Source of the DNA: a virus
Reading direction: 5' to 3' (one strand)
Virus record (IMG/VR): IMGVR_UViG_3300036820_000002
Span: 66,269-130,268 of that record
Length of the DNA stretch: 64,000 nt
A program made the position numbers and the translations under genes. The notes below the pieces were generated by a model. It did not search any database, was not told the DNA's origin, and saw only the letters and a list, made by a program, of their open reading frames with translations. This document shows positions 18,222 through 27,900 of the stretch, in pieces. The first letter of the stretch is position 1, and every line of letters begins with the position of its first letter.

Positions 18222-18455
18222 TCAGGCATCGTCATCCCACACCTCTTCCGGCCATACGATCTCTGAGTCATCATAATGGCGCCAGTATTCCACTTCCGTG
18301 CGGACAGTCCCGTTCTGGCTCCATGCCTGCCGCCGGATGCGCGGGCAGGCCCGCCAGTGAACGCCGCCGCAGTCACCGCAGGGTGCAGCCGGGCGGACCG
18401 GGAAGAGCTCGCGGAGAAGTGCCTTCTCCTCCAGGGTCGGCGCCCTTGCAGTCAT
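18222..18455 (-). CDS. small zinc-binding hypothetical protein
   Basis: CGDCGGVHWRACPR; GGAG RBS. Confidence 0.5.
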   Translation of the reverse strand: MTARAPTLEEKALLRELFPVRPAAPCGDCGGVHWRACPRIRRQAWSQNGTVRTEVEYWRHYDDSEIVWPEEVWDDDA

Positions 18456-18574
18456 GATCTCTCCAGGTCCAGGAAAATGCCGCATCATAATGGATAATTC
18501 CCGGGTGCGGTTCCAGCGTGCACCAGATTAGCATGCAGCCGCATTCCAGGATGATTCTCGCGGAGGCACCGCAT

Positions 18575-20275
18575 TCAGCGGCGCCGCCAGTCCTTGCCTG
18601 CATAGACGTGGGCTCCGGTACTGCTCCCGGTGAATGCCGCCAGCTGCTTCAGGTAGAACGAAGGGTCGGTATTGCATTCCGGGCAGCTGGGCATGTTCAT
18701 CGGGCGCACATGATTGTTCTCGCAGGTGCGGGAGTAAGCCATATGCCAGCGGTTAGCACGGTCCCTGACCCTCTCCTTCTCCTGCGGCGCGATTCCTGCC
18801 CCGCAGTGCCGGCACATCTTGTCCAGCAGCTGGTTGACGTTCTCCCCGCACTCCGTGCAAGGGTAGAAGCTGTACATCTCCATGTAGCTGGCGCCACTGC
18901 GGCGGGACAGCTCGATCAGCGCCCAGATCGCGGCATCCGCGCGGTCATCGTGCTGGCGGGAGCGCTCGATCTCCGGGATCATCGCGGTCAGCTGCTTCTC
19001 CATCATCTCGAACTCGCCGACCATGTGCAGCCGTCCGGCCGCTGCCAGATGAGAGATGGATTCCGCGCGGATGTACTTGCCCTTCATCGCCGCGACGCTC
19101 TTGTAGGGGATGTTCGGGTCTTCCTTGGACAGCAGCTCCGGCATGTAGTCGCCGACGGTGTTCTCGCCGACGACCAGGTCTGCCTCCCAGCGGTGGAAGG
19201 CGCTGGCGACTACCTCCATGCACCGCTTGGGGGTACCGCGCAGGGAGAGGTCCTCCAGGATGTAGAAGTGATGATCACCGCTTTCGGCGGCCACGACGAT
19301 CCCGGTCTCGTCGGAGGACTCGGAGGAGGTGGACGCCGGGTCGATGGCCACCACGATGCGGCGCCATTCCGGTACGTCCTCGGGGTAGATGCGGTACTCA
19401 CAGAAGTTCTCGGCGGAGAACAAGGCGCCGTCGGAGCCCTGCACCAGCTTGCCTTCCAGCTCCTGCTGTTCCAGGTAGGTGCCCTTGTACTGGCGGCGCA
19501 GGTCCGCCAGGGCGCCCTCGGCGAAGTAGGGGTTCTCACTGGAGGAGGCGGTGGTGATGTGGAAGCGGCGCGGGTCGGCGTTCGCCATCTCCACCAGGTC
19601 GCGGATCAGCCGCAGCTTGCTGGGGGTGGTGGTGATCATCAGCCGGGGGTCGTTGTTCTTCGGCTTGATCCGCAGCGCCGGCTTGAGGCCGTAGTCGAAG
19701 AAGCGGACGTACTTGATCATGGCCAGCTCGTCGAACCAGCAGTAGCTCAGGTTGGCGCCACGGACGGAGTCGACGTTCTCGGCGGAGAACCCCTGGATGA
19801 TACTGCCGTTGCGCATCGTGATGGACAGGTTGTTCTTGTTGACTTCCCGGATCTCCCCGGGCTGCGCGTTCGCCACGATGCCGGACTGTAGGTCTTCGAA
19901 GCACGTCTTGCGCACGTGGATGTAGGTGGGGGCACAGACCCCGACGTAGATCTCCGGCTCCGACAGGGCCATCGCGATCGCCCACTCGGCGCCGGCCCGG
20001 GTCTTGCCGGTACCTCGTCCGGCCAGGCAGATCCAGGTGGTCCAGTCCCTGGTCGGGCCGTCGCAGCCGCAGGAGTAGGTGACGCCCGTCTTGGGGTGGG
20101 TCCAGGGCAGGTGGTGGCGGGGATGATCGGGAGGCAGCTGCTTGTTCCGGGCCGCCAGCTCCCAGGGGCGCGGCTCGCTGGCGGCCCGCACGGCATGAAG
20201 CCAGCGGGCTATCTCCGCGTGGGTTTCCGGGGAGAGCTTCTTCGGGTCTTTAGGCACACACTCCAGACATGGCAA
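18575..20275 (-). CDS. terL: terminase large subunit with C-terminal zinc ribbons
   Basis: Walker A AGRGTGKT, Walker B WFDE, TTTP coupling motif, nuclease AIDPA..DETG..DDRADA; extra CxxC motifs at the C-terminus. Confidence 0.93.
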   Translation of the reverse strand: MPCLECVPKDPKKLSPETHAEIARWLHAVRAASEPRPWELAARNKQLPPDHPRHHLPWTHPKTGVTYSCGCDGPTRDWTTWICLAGRGTGKTRAGAEWAIAMALSEPEIYVGVCAPTYIHVRKTCFEDLQSGIVANAQPGEIREVNKNNLSITMRNGSIIQGFSAENVDSVRGANLSYCWFDELAMIKYVRFFDYGLKPALRIKPKNNDPRLMITTTPSKLRLIRDLVEMANADPRRFHITTASSSENPYFAEGALADLRRQYKGTYLEQQELEGKLVQGSDGALFSAENFCEYRIYPEDVPEWRRIVVAIDPASTSSESSDETGIVVAAESGDHHFYILEDLSLRGTPKRCMEVVASAFHRWEADLVVGENTVGDYMPELLSKEDPNIPYKSVAAMKGKYIRAESISHLAAAGRLHMVGEFEMMEKQLTAMIPEIERSRQHDDRADAAIWALIELSRRSGASYMEMYSFYPCTECGENVNQLLDKMCRHCGAGIAPQEKERVRDRANRWHMAYSRTCENNHVRPMNMPSCPECNTDPSFYLKQLAAFTGSSTGAHVYAGKDWRRR

Positions 20276-20307
20276 GACCCCCGGGGGAAGGTTTCCGGGG
20301 GTCTTGC
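20272..20307 (-). terminator. hairpin downstream of the Rpf-like gene
   Basis: GCAAGACCCCCGG...CCGGGGGTCTTGC inverted repeat. Confidence 0.5.
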
Positions 20308-20328
20308 GGGGTTACGGACCCTACGGCG

Positions 20329-20994
20329 TCAGCAGCCGTCGTAGGGTCTCCACGGGGAGGTGCCGTCGAGGGCGTACGCCTTTTCGAAGGCGGCATCCTG
20401 CTCGGCGGGTGAGTAGTCGCGGGCCGGGCCGGGGAGGCCGGTGATCGCGGTCCAGGTGGTGTCCAGGAAGCCGTAGAGGCCGCTGGCCGTGGAATACGGA
20501 TTCTGGGCGTCAGGATTGCCTCCCGACTCGCGGGAGATGACGCACTGCTGGAATGAGCTCATTCCTTCCGTGGGGATGGCGGCGGTACTGGCCAGGGTGG
20601 CCGCAGGGCGGTGCTGCCGTTCCTGCGGCAGCGGCCCCCGGGCGCAGCGGATGACCAGGACCTCGCCGGGGATGATGATGTTGTCGTTGTTGCCGATGAC
20701 GCCCCTGTTCGCGTCGTAGAGGCCGGGCCAGTCGGCGGGGGTGCCGCAGTGGCGCGCGGCCAGCACCGACAGGGTATCCCCCGGGCGGACGGTGACGCTC
20801 TCCTGGACGGCACTCGCCACGTCGTAGCTGGCGGTGAAGCCCGCACGGGGGATGGCGGCAGCGGCGGCTGCGGGGGAATGGGACACGGCGGCAGCTCCTG
20901 CTGCCACCGCGCCGGCGGCCACGGTGGTCCTGGCGGCCCTGATGACTGGTGCTGCCTTGCCGGGACGGCGGTGCCGTCCGATGCGTGACACCAT
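20329..20994 (-). CDS. secreted LysM + Rpf-like lytic transglycosylase
   Basis: signal-like N-terminus (GRHRRP..AAGAVAAG); LysM VTVRPGDTLS; CVISRESGGNP..ASGLYGF..TW..EQD..G.SPW. Confidence 0.85.
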   Translation of the reverse strand: MVSRIGRHRRPGKAAPVIRAARTTVAAGAVAAGAAAVSHSPAAAAAAIPRAGFTASYDVASAVQESVTVRPGDTLSVLAARHCGTPADWPGLYDANRGVIGNNDNIIIPGEVLVIRCARGPLPQERQHRPAATLASTAAIPTEGMSSFQQCVISRESGGNPDAQNPYSTASGLYGFLDTTWTAITGLPGPARDYSPAEQDAAFEKAYALDGTSPWRPYDGC

Positions 20995-21117
20995 ACGGGT
21001 GGAGCTCCTGATGGCAGGGTGCCCGCGCAGGCGGCGTGCGCCTGCTGCATTCCCGGGGTCACGGGGAACGGACGGGCCTGGTATCATGGCCCGTGAGGCA
21101 TAGGTCCCCTGGGACAA

Positions 21118-21146
21118 GATTTACCCAGAATGACAGCTCCCGTCAA
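21118..21146 (-). promoter_or_regulatory. putative promoter of the Rpf-like gene
   Basis: TTGACG-N17-TAAATC on the minus strand. Confidence 0.45.
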
Positions 21147-21169
21147 ACCTGTCACGCGTTTCCGGGAAT

Positions 21170-21427
21170 TCATCCGGTTCCCAGCGCCTCTTTCAGTGCG
21201 ATCAGCGCCTCGCTGATGAGGATCAGCTGAGCCCTGGAGTAGGCCCGGGGCTGGCGTCCCTGCCGGGAGAATGACGACATCCGGATCACTCCCGACGGCT
21301 GCAGCCTGGTGATCCTGACCAGCTCGCGGAGGTCTTTCTCCGGCATGTCCAGCAGCTGCGCGGCGATGTCCAGGGGCAGGTCATCGCCGGTGATGTCGGT
21401 GAACTGGTAGCCGGCCCAGCCGGTCAT
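21170..21427 (-). CDS. small putative HTH DNA-binding protein
   Basis: LDIAAQLLDM..LREL..GRQPRAYS (MerR-like pattern). Confidence 0.5.
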   Translation of the reverse strand: MTGWAGYQFTDITGDDLPLDIAAQLLDMPEKDLRELVRITRLQPSGVIRMSSFSRQGRQPRAYSRAQLILISEALIALKEALGTG

Positions 21428-21681
21428 CGCCACATCCCGAAAATCAGGTGGAAGAACAGCCAGGTGAGCCCGGCCGCGAAGATACTTGCCAGAGTGTAAT
21501 GCAGCCAGGTCCAGTCGGCGAAGTCGAAGGGGTTGGCCAGGCTGATCTTCTCGATGCCCCAGAACTGGTCCGAGAGGGTGTTGCGGGCGTTCACCGCGAG
21601 CCAGTAGGCTTCCGGGCCGCCGAACCCGAGGATGAACCAGGCCAGCCAGTACCAGCCCCAGCCGCTGACACGGGGGCTCAC
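21424..21681 (-). CDS. small membrane protein
   Basis: two hydrophobic Trp-rich segments; start/stop overlap with neighbours. Confidence 0.6.
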   Translation of the reverse strand: MSPRVSGWGWYWLAWFILGFGGPEAYWLAVNARNTLSDQFWGIEKISLANPFDFADWTWLHYTLASIFAAGLTWLFFHLIFGMWR

Positions 21682-22301
21682 GCTGCGGTGGGGACGCCGG
21701 GGATCCCGTCCTGCCAGACCAGCACCCAGCCGCTGAGGTGGCCGGAGTACTCCATGTGCGCGACCGGCTTGCGGCCCTGGTCATCAGTGCAGTCGCCGAT
21801 GCACTGGATCAGCCCTTCCAGCGGCCTGATCCGGAGCGTGTGGCAGCGGCAGAAAGGGCAGACCGGTTCCGGCTGCCCGGGGGTGCGGGGCAGCCGGCGG
21901 GGCATCTCGGTGATGTCGAGGGCGATCTTGGCCCGGCGGGTCCAGGAGGACAGCGACCTCACCGCGATGCGCACAGAATCGTCGCAGACGGCATGAGCGA
22001 GCTGGCACAGGTTATTCACCGCTGCGGTGCTGTTCGCCCCGCTACCGCCCCGGTGGCGCACCGGGAGGCCCGCTTCCCGTTGCATCGAGGCTTCCAGCTG
22101 GCGGATCTCGGCGTGGAGATCGAGGACGGCGTCAGCGGCAGTGGCATTCCACGGCGGCTGGCTGAAGTCGAGCTTGCCTCGCCGGTGCTCGCCACCTGAC
22201 GGACGGATCCCGATCACCGCTTCGAGGAGGTCCCCGAACCGGATGACGCCGTCGGCGAGAGTCCTGAGTTCTTCACGGAGCGGGATGCCGTCAGGTTTCA
22301 C
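21678..22301 (-). CDS. phage protein with C-terminal zinc ribbon
   Basis: SQPPWNATAAD...CPFC...IQC..C. Confidence 0.6.
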   Translation of the reverse strand: MKPDGIPLREELRTLADGVIRFGDLLEAVIGIRPSGGEHRRGKLDFSQPPWNATAADAVLDLHAEIRQLEASMQREAGLPVRHRGGSGANSTAAVNNLCQLAHAVCDDSVRIAVRSLSSWTRRAKIALDITEMPRRLPRTPGQPEPVCPFCRCHTLRIRPLEGLIQCIGDCTDDQGRKPVAHMEYSGHLSGWVLVWQDGIPGVPTAA

Positions 22302-22319
22302 CTCATGAGGATAACATTT

Positions 22320-22679
22320 TCATCCCAGGCCGTCACCGCGCAGGTTCCTCACGATGGCGACAGCCTGGGTATCTTTCCGCTGCTGGTCCGGCGGCAGTTC
22401 CCGCCACGGCCGCAGGCACGGGTGCGTCCTGGGCGTGGCACACGGGTCCTTGACCTCACCCAGGACCCAGCCCAGGGCGGTCATCTCATCCGCCCACACC
22501 TCGTGGATGGCCTCGGGACCGTATCCCTGCTCGATGAGCGCGACCCGGCGGATGACCTGCTGCCGGTGCGCCCCGGAGAGGGTCTCCCAGGGGCCGTCGG
22601 GGGCGGGATCGGCGAGTGCGATATTGAGGGCGCAGTGGGCTGCATGGACGACTTGCGCGGTCTGCTCGGCAGTCAGCAT
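22320..22679 (-). CDS. RyR-domain phage protein
   Basis: HEVW...GWVLGEVKD...THPCLRPWRELPPDQQRKD. Confidence 0.8.
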   Translation of the reverse strand: MLTAEQTAQVVHAAHCALNIALADPAPDGPWETLSGAHRQQVIRRVALIEQGYGPEAIHEVWADEMTALGWVLGEVKDPCATPRTHPCLRPWRELPPDQQRKDTQAVAIVRNLRGDGLG

Positions 22680-22725
22680 CAGGTTCTCCGTCTCTACGCT
22701 TCTGCGGGCAGTATATTCTCAGTTC

Positions 22726-23640
22726 ATGAACGATGCGGACCGGATAGGGATAGCAGGGGACTGGCACGGCCACGCGCAGTGGGCGGTGATCGCCATCCAC
22801 GCGATGGCGGCGCTGCTGGGGGAGCACCCGCTGATCCTGCAGCTCGGTGATCTCGGGGTCTACCCCGATGACGGGCGGCGGGAGTGGATGGGGCGGACCT
22901 GGACGGAGCAGACCTTCCTGGAGGCGGTCAGCGAGGCGCTGGAGGCCTGTGACGGGGAGCTCGTGTTCATTGAGGGCAACCATGAGGACCATGAGCTACT
23001 GAAGGGGAGGGAGGCGGCCTGGCGTGATGCCTGCGACGCGTTCATGGACTGCCCGTGCGGCAGCGGTGACTATGACAGCTGCCAGGACTGCACGGCCGTA
23101 TACTGCACCCGTCACGGGGACGGGCAGCTGCCCCGGCCGGTGATCATCGCGCCCAGGATCACCTGGCTGCCCCGGGGGTACCGGTGGCAGTGGCATGACC
23201 GGACCTGGCTGGCCTGCGGCGGGGCGGTGTCGGTGGACAAGCTGCTGCGCACCGAGGGCACTGACTGGTTCGCGGGGGAAGAGATCACCGATGAGGAGGA
23301 GGCGATGATCATCGCCGGCGGTCATGCCGACGTGGTGGTCAGCCATGATGCCCCTCGCTGCGTGGGATTGCAGCTGATGAGCCCTCCGCCCAGGATGTGG
23401 GAGGCGATGATCCCGGCGGCGGAGGCGCACCGGGAGAGGATGCAGCGGATCGGGGAGGGAGTGACTCCTTCCTGGTGGTTCCACGGGCATTACCACCAGA
23501 CCCACTGCACTGGGGTGCGGATCGGGGAGCGGGGGGGCTGGTGCGAGGTGCGCGGTCTCCACATGAACGGGTGCGACGGGAACTGGGGCATCCTGGATCT
23601 TTCCTCGATGACCTGGCTGGAACCGGGGGAGCCTGCGTGA
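22726..23640 (+). CDS. calcineurin-like metallophosphoesterase
   Basis: GDWHG, LGDLG, GNHED, SHDAP and HGHYH motifs. Confidence 0.9.
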   Translation: MNDADRIGIAGDWHGHAQWAVIAIHAMAALLGEHPLILQLGDLGVYPDDGRREWMGRTWTEQTFLEAVSEALEACDGELVFIEGNHEDHELLKGREAAWRDACDAFMDCPCGSGDYDSCQDCTAVYCTRHGDGQLPRPVIIAPRITWLPRGYRWQWHDRTWLACGGAVSVDKLLRTEGTDWFAGEEITDEEEAMIIAGGHADVVVSHDAPRCVGLQLMSPPPRMWEAMIPAAEAHRERMQRIGEGVTPSWWFHGHYHQTHCTGVRIGERGGWCEVRGLHMNGCDGNWGILDLSSMTWLEPGEPA

Positions 23641-24434
23641 CCGGCGTCGTGGAGTGCGGTGAATCCTACGTTTTCCCGGTGACCGGGCAGCCGGTCCGAA
23701 CCGTCACCATCGACGGCGAGCCGTGGTTCGTGGGGCGAGATGTCGCCGGAGCGCTCGGGTATACCAATCCGCGCAAAGCCGTGAGGGATCACGTTCCCGC
23801 AGGTCACCATAGGGGGAACGAATCGTTCCCCCTATCTGACCTGGGCTTTCAGGCGCAGACGGTACTGATTGATGAGCCCGGCATGTACCGGCTGATCATG
23901 CGCGCCAGCACCGCGCTTGCCGAGCGGTTCCAGGAGTGGGTGACCGCTGAGGTACTGCCCGCTATCCGCACGACGGGCAACTACAGCGTTCGGTCCGTGC
24001 AGCCGCATGTGGCGGACCTCACCACGCCTGAAGGCGTGATGGTGCTGGCCGGCCTTTACCAGGACGCCGCTCGCCGGCTTGTTGATGCTACCCGGCGAGT
24101 GGCGGAGCTGGAGCCGCGAGCGGAGGCCTGGGATTCACTGGGAAGCGGTACTGACAGCTGGTCTCTCCGTGATGCTGCCGGCATTCTTAATCAGGACTGG
24201 CAGATAGATACCGGCCAGAATAGGCTGCTGGCCTACCTGAAGGCGCAGGGGATGATTGACCGTAACGATATCCCCTATGCCCGTTACTCACGGTATCTGA
24301 CGGGATGCCCCAAGGAGTACACCTCCCCTAGCGGCAAGACGGTGACACGTCGTCAGATCAGGATCACCCATGACGGGCTTGGCTACCTGCGCCGCCGTCT
24401 TGCCGGACCTGTGCAGCTGCGGCTGCTGTCCTAG
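23637..24434 (+). CDS. phage antirepressor (BRO-N + KilAC/ANT)
   Basis: IDGEPWFVGRDVAGALGY, EPGMYRLI..AERFQEWVTAEVLPAIR, GQNRL, ITHDGL. Confidence 0.9.
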   Translation: MTGVVECGESYVFPVTGQPVRTVTIDGEPWFVGRDVAGALGYTNPRKAVRDHVPAGHHRGNESFPLSDLGFQAQTVLIDEPGMYRLIMRASTALAERFQEWVTAEVLPAIRTTGNYSVRSVQPHVADLTTPEGVMVLAGLYQDAARRLVDATRRVAELEPRAEAWDSLGSGTDSWSLRDAAGILNQDWQIDTGQNRLLAYLKAQGMIDRNDIPYARYSRYLTGCPKEYTSPSGKTVTRRQIRITHDGLGYLRRRLAGPVQLRLLS

Positions 24435-24613
24435 AACCGGCGGTACCTGTTCCGGCGGTACTGCCGGTTCCGGCGGGCGGTGTCTTCCGCAGATGTCGCG
24501 GCCAGGAAGATGAACGCGATGAGCAGGCAGGCCCCGGCGGGACCCCACTGGCCCATGCAGGCGCTGACGAGGGCACAGAGGAAAAGCAGTGCCGCTACTC
24601 CACCTATGAACAT
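24431..24613 (-). CDS. small membrane protein
   Basis: two hydrophobic helices; AAGGA RBS. Confidence 0.55.
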   Translation of the reverse strand: MFIGGVAALLFLCALVSACMGQWGPAGACLLIAFIFLAATSAEDTARRNRQYRRNRYRRF

Positions 24614-24983
24614 GTTGATATCCTTTCTTTTCTACGGGTAGTACAACATACCAGGGCAGCGGGATGTTCCCTGATCCCCGGTGATTGACGCCAGTCTAAC
24701 CCTCTACGCGTGGAAGAGCTTTTTTTCCCTGAAATATCAAGCAGCCCTCTACACACGAGGGCTGTTTTTTTTTAACAAACTGCGGCCATGCTCCTGCTGA
24801 AACTCTCCTGCAAGCGGTTGCGCGGTTTCCGCTGATTTCCTTTTCATATCCGAGGGGGCCTGACGGCATTCCCGGTTAACTGCGTTAACTACAGGTGAAT
24901 CATCCTAACCCCAAGTTAACCGCATTAGCTGATAATTCGAACAAATGTGCGTAGAGTACATATTCGAATTATTACAGCACATC

Positions 24984-25154
24984 GTTAGCAAGACTAACCT
25001 TATTCGTTAGCAAGGCTAAGAGTAATGGTTAGTGGTGCTAAGAGTAATGGTTAGTGCTGCTAACCGTTATTGTTAGCGGTGCTAAGGGGAAGTAGTTAGC
25101 AGCACTAACCTTATTTGTTAGTTATGCTAACCATTATCCGTTAGTATAACTAAC
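24984..25154. repeat. array of 8 palindromes GTTAG-N5-CTAA(C/G), period 22-23 bp
   Basis: copies start at 24984, 25006, 25028, 25050, 25072, 25095, 25117 and 25140; AT-rich. Confidence 0.9.
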
Positions 25155-25844
25155 CTTTACCCCTGAGCGATGCTCACCGTTGACCGTGACCGCCGGAGGC
25201 GCTTGAGCTTCAAGCTCGTCACCCGTCAGTGACTGCCCCTGACTGCCCCTGTGCGCCCCGCTGCCGGTCCGGGGTACCCGTCCTACGCCCTTCACCTCCC
25301 GAACCCGTCTGCGTGGCTGCCAGCCGCTTGCAGGGGGTACTGGGGTACTGCCCATCTCCCAGCTACGGCCGGGTTCCGCTCTCACCCGTCGGGCGTTCCT
25401 CTATTCGAGAAAACGCCCTCTGACGGTGGTCGCTCCGCTCCCCGTTTCTCTTTCTCCCCGTAACCTGAAGGTACACCGAGCCTATTGTAGACTCGTTTTT
25501 CTGCATTGACACGTAATTGCAGGTCAGCCGGCGTGTCGCGGTGTTCTGACTACCTACGTCCTCCCCTCCACGTGGTCCGCTTCCCCCACGCACTTGCGTA
25601 TGGCCCTGAGAGCCTCTGTGGCGGGTCTACATAGGGGGGCCAGTGTCATCACATCACCGAACCCCCGGTCGTCATTCTCCCTGCTCAGCAGCGTTGTGCA
25701 GGGGCACTCACGCACCACTACCCCGAGGTGGAGCTCTCCTAGTGACCGGAGTATGTACTCACGGTGATGTCAACCCCCTCTCTTTGTTACATTCCCTGGT
25801 GAGCATGTGGTGTTTCCGCAGCTCAAATATGCTGACAAGCGTAG

Positions 25845-25860
25845 TGTGACCTAGATCACA
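25845..25860. promoter_or_regulatory. CRP/GlxR-type operator
   Basis: TGTGA-CCTAGA-TCACA, a perfect TGTGA-N6-TCACA, in non-coding DNA. Confidence 0.6.
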
Positions 25861-25899
25861 GGGAAAGCTTTACAACCTCCTCCCACCTGGTCTTTCTTC

Positions 25900-27270
25900 T
25901 CATCGGTGCTGGTAGTGGACGTGGAGTACCCGGAGAGCATGTGTTACGTTTCGGGGAGTTTCACAGCACGGTCCGCCGGTTCGGGGGCCGCTTCACTCGC
26001 ACGACGTAGGTTGGTGGTCCCCCGTCGGGGGCCGGACGGAAACAGCAGCGACGGCTGACAACTTCATGACGGAAAACCTAGCGGGATGCGTGGATGTGGT
26101 CGCATCGTGGTGAGCTAGGGTCACTGATCCCCCGAGAACTACGGCAACGGTCCCCTGAGAATGGCGGAACCTAGCTCCATAAATGGGTAGCGATCACGGA
26201 TCTTTGCAAGTGACCCAATACGGCGTAACACGCGGGAGTAACCCCCGTAACCCTGATGTCATGGGGTTCTTGCAGGTCAAAGTCACTGTTCTGTCCGGTA
26301 GCACATGTGCAAATGTGCGCAGTACCGGATTGCTGGTGACGCACCGATACGTTAGGTAGGGATCACGTGATCCCCGGGACAGGTCGTACCTGTTCCATGC
26401 GGACCGTAAACCGGACCGGTAGGTATTCACGCTGCCGGGAGGTGACTTGTCACCTCGGAACCAATAAGGCCGGACAATCGGGTAGCACAGTCCGTCATAT
26501 GCCCATTGACATGTCCAGTACGACATGCGGATGGGGTTCTCATGAGGTGATGCTGTCTTGGCGGTAGCCAGGCACAACGGAAGGGCCGCAGCTATGCCCT
26601 TGATTCTCCCTTGTGCCTCGGCGTGAACAGACGGAGCGGTAGGTCCCGCTCCCCCGGTAAAGCACCAGGCAGTGATACAACCACCCGACATCACACGCAG
26701 CGGGCAGGACAGTTGACAGATGCCCTGTGCCGCGTGCAACCACTCCAAGGCAGTCCGCTTACGGGACACGCCGCACGACGGAGTGGCGTTACCCGTCGCC
26801 CTGGTCAGCAGAGATTCAGGTCCCATTGTCCTTACCCGATGGGCCGGTAAAGAGTGAACATTACTCTTCCGGTTACCACTTATGACATTGCGGCTTCTTC
26901 GCTGACCAGGGACCTTCGACGGCAGTTTTCAGAGTCGCCTTACGTTCATGGTGGCTCACGGCGGCTAAGCGTTCACGCTCCCCTTCCGCATGCCGGCAGC
27001 CTTCAGTGGCTAGCGGGTGCATGCTTGCGGGCGGCTCACTGAATGCGGATTCACCGTGAGCGGCTATGTCGGCAGGGAGACTTACCGACAGCACATACAC
27101 CAGCCAGCGATCATTTACGGGTCGTTGGTTAACGCCGTTAACCGCATCCAACGACGCAGATACCACGCGGGAACGTGGTTTGGCTCACTCCTTGAACAGG
27201 TCATGACACCCTTTACGGGTGACAGGGAATGCCTGCCCGGACAGTCCAGAGTATCCACGCGGTTACGGAA
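25900..27270 (+). ncRNA. candidate large structured non-coding RNA (boundaries and strand approximate)
   Basis: no credible ORF; many nested inverted repeats, e.g. 26282-26340, 26359-26374, 26439-26456, 26570-26618, 26793-26922, 27121-27155. Confidence 0.55.
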
Positions 27271-27280
27271 AGTCACTCAG

Positions 27281-27472
27281 ATGAGAAAGGTCATCGTGCC
27301 AATTTCTTCTTCGCCGAGAGCCCGGCGTGTCGCGGTGCTGGTCATCATCACCCTGGTGATGGTAACGGGCATCGCTATCGGTCACGTCACTACGTCGCGC
27401 ACCGTCACGATCGTGTGCACCCAGACCGTTTCTCACGGTCAGAGCTACCTGAATAACTGTTTTTACCGGTAA
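27281..27472 (+). CDS. small membrane/secreted protein
   Basis: hydrophobic VAVLVIITLVMVTGIAIG. Confidence 0.5.
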   Translation: MRKVIVPISSSPRARRVAVLVIITLVMVTGIAIGHVTTSRTVTIVCTQTVSHGQSYLNNCFYR

Positions 27473-27900
27473 GACCACGGAAAGGAACGTGAATGGTCTA
27501 CCTGTTCCTGCACCGCACGGAAAGCGGCGGTATCTGGATGCCCCGGCGTGTTGCATGGTTCATCATGCGGCACGTCCAAGGACTGGATTACATTCCTCGC
27601 ACGTGCCTCGCGTACTATTCCATCGCCGATTCCCACGACGGTGCGTGCTGCTACGCGTCGTACAAGCGCGGCGACGGCACCACCATGTCAGGTCGTCAGT
27701 GGTTCCGGGGGGCCCGTGACTAACCTTCAGCGCTACTCCTCGCGGGAACTACGCGCCGTGTATTACGGCGGCAACGGCTACATCGTCCGCCGTGACACCT
27801 ACCCCCGCCACCGACGTCAGGTCGTCTCGGTGTCCGTAGGCGTCCGGCAGGGACTTGCCGCCCCGTCCGGATTCACCGTCTTTACCTACCGGCGGCCGGC

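Noticed and set aside
20995-21117. c-di-AMP (ydaO) riboswitch upstream of the Rpf-like gene
   Set aside because: The expected conserved ydaO motifs are not visible in the leader.
24984-25154. CRISPR array
   Set aside because: The period is only 22 bp with 5-8 nt variable parts, and there are no cas genes in the window.
25900-27270. tRNA cluster, tmRNA, RNase P RNA or group I/II intron
   Set aside because: No cloverleafs or diagnostic conserved motifs were recognised; kept as an unclassified structured RNA candidate.
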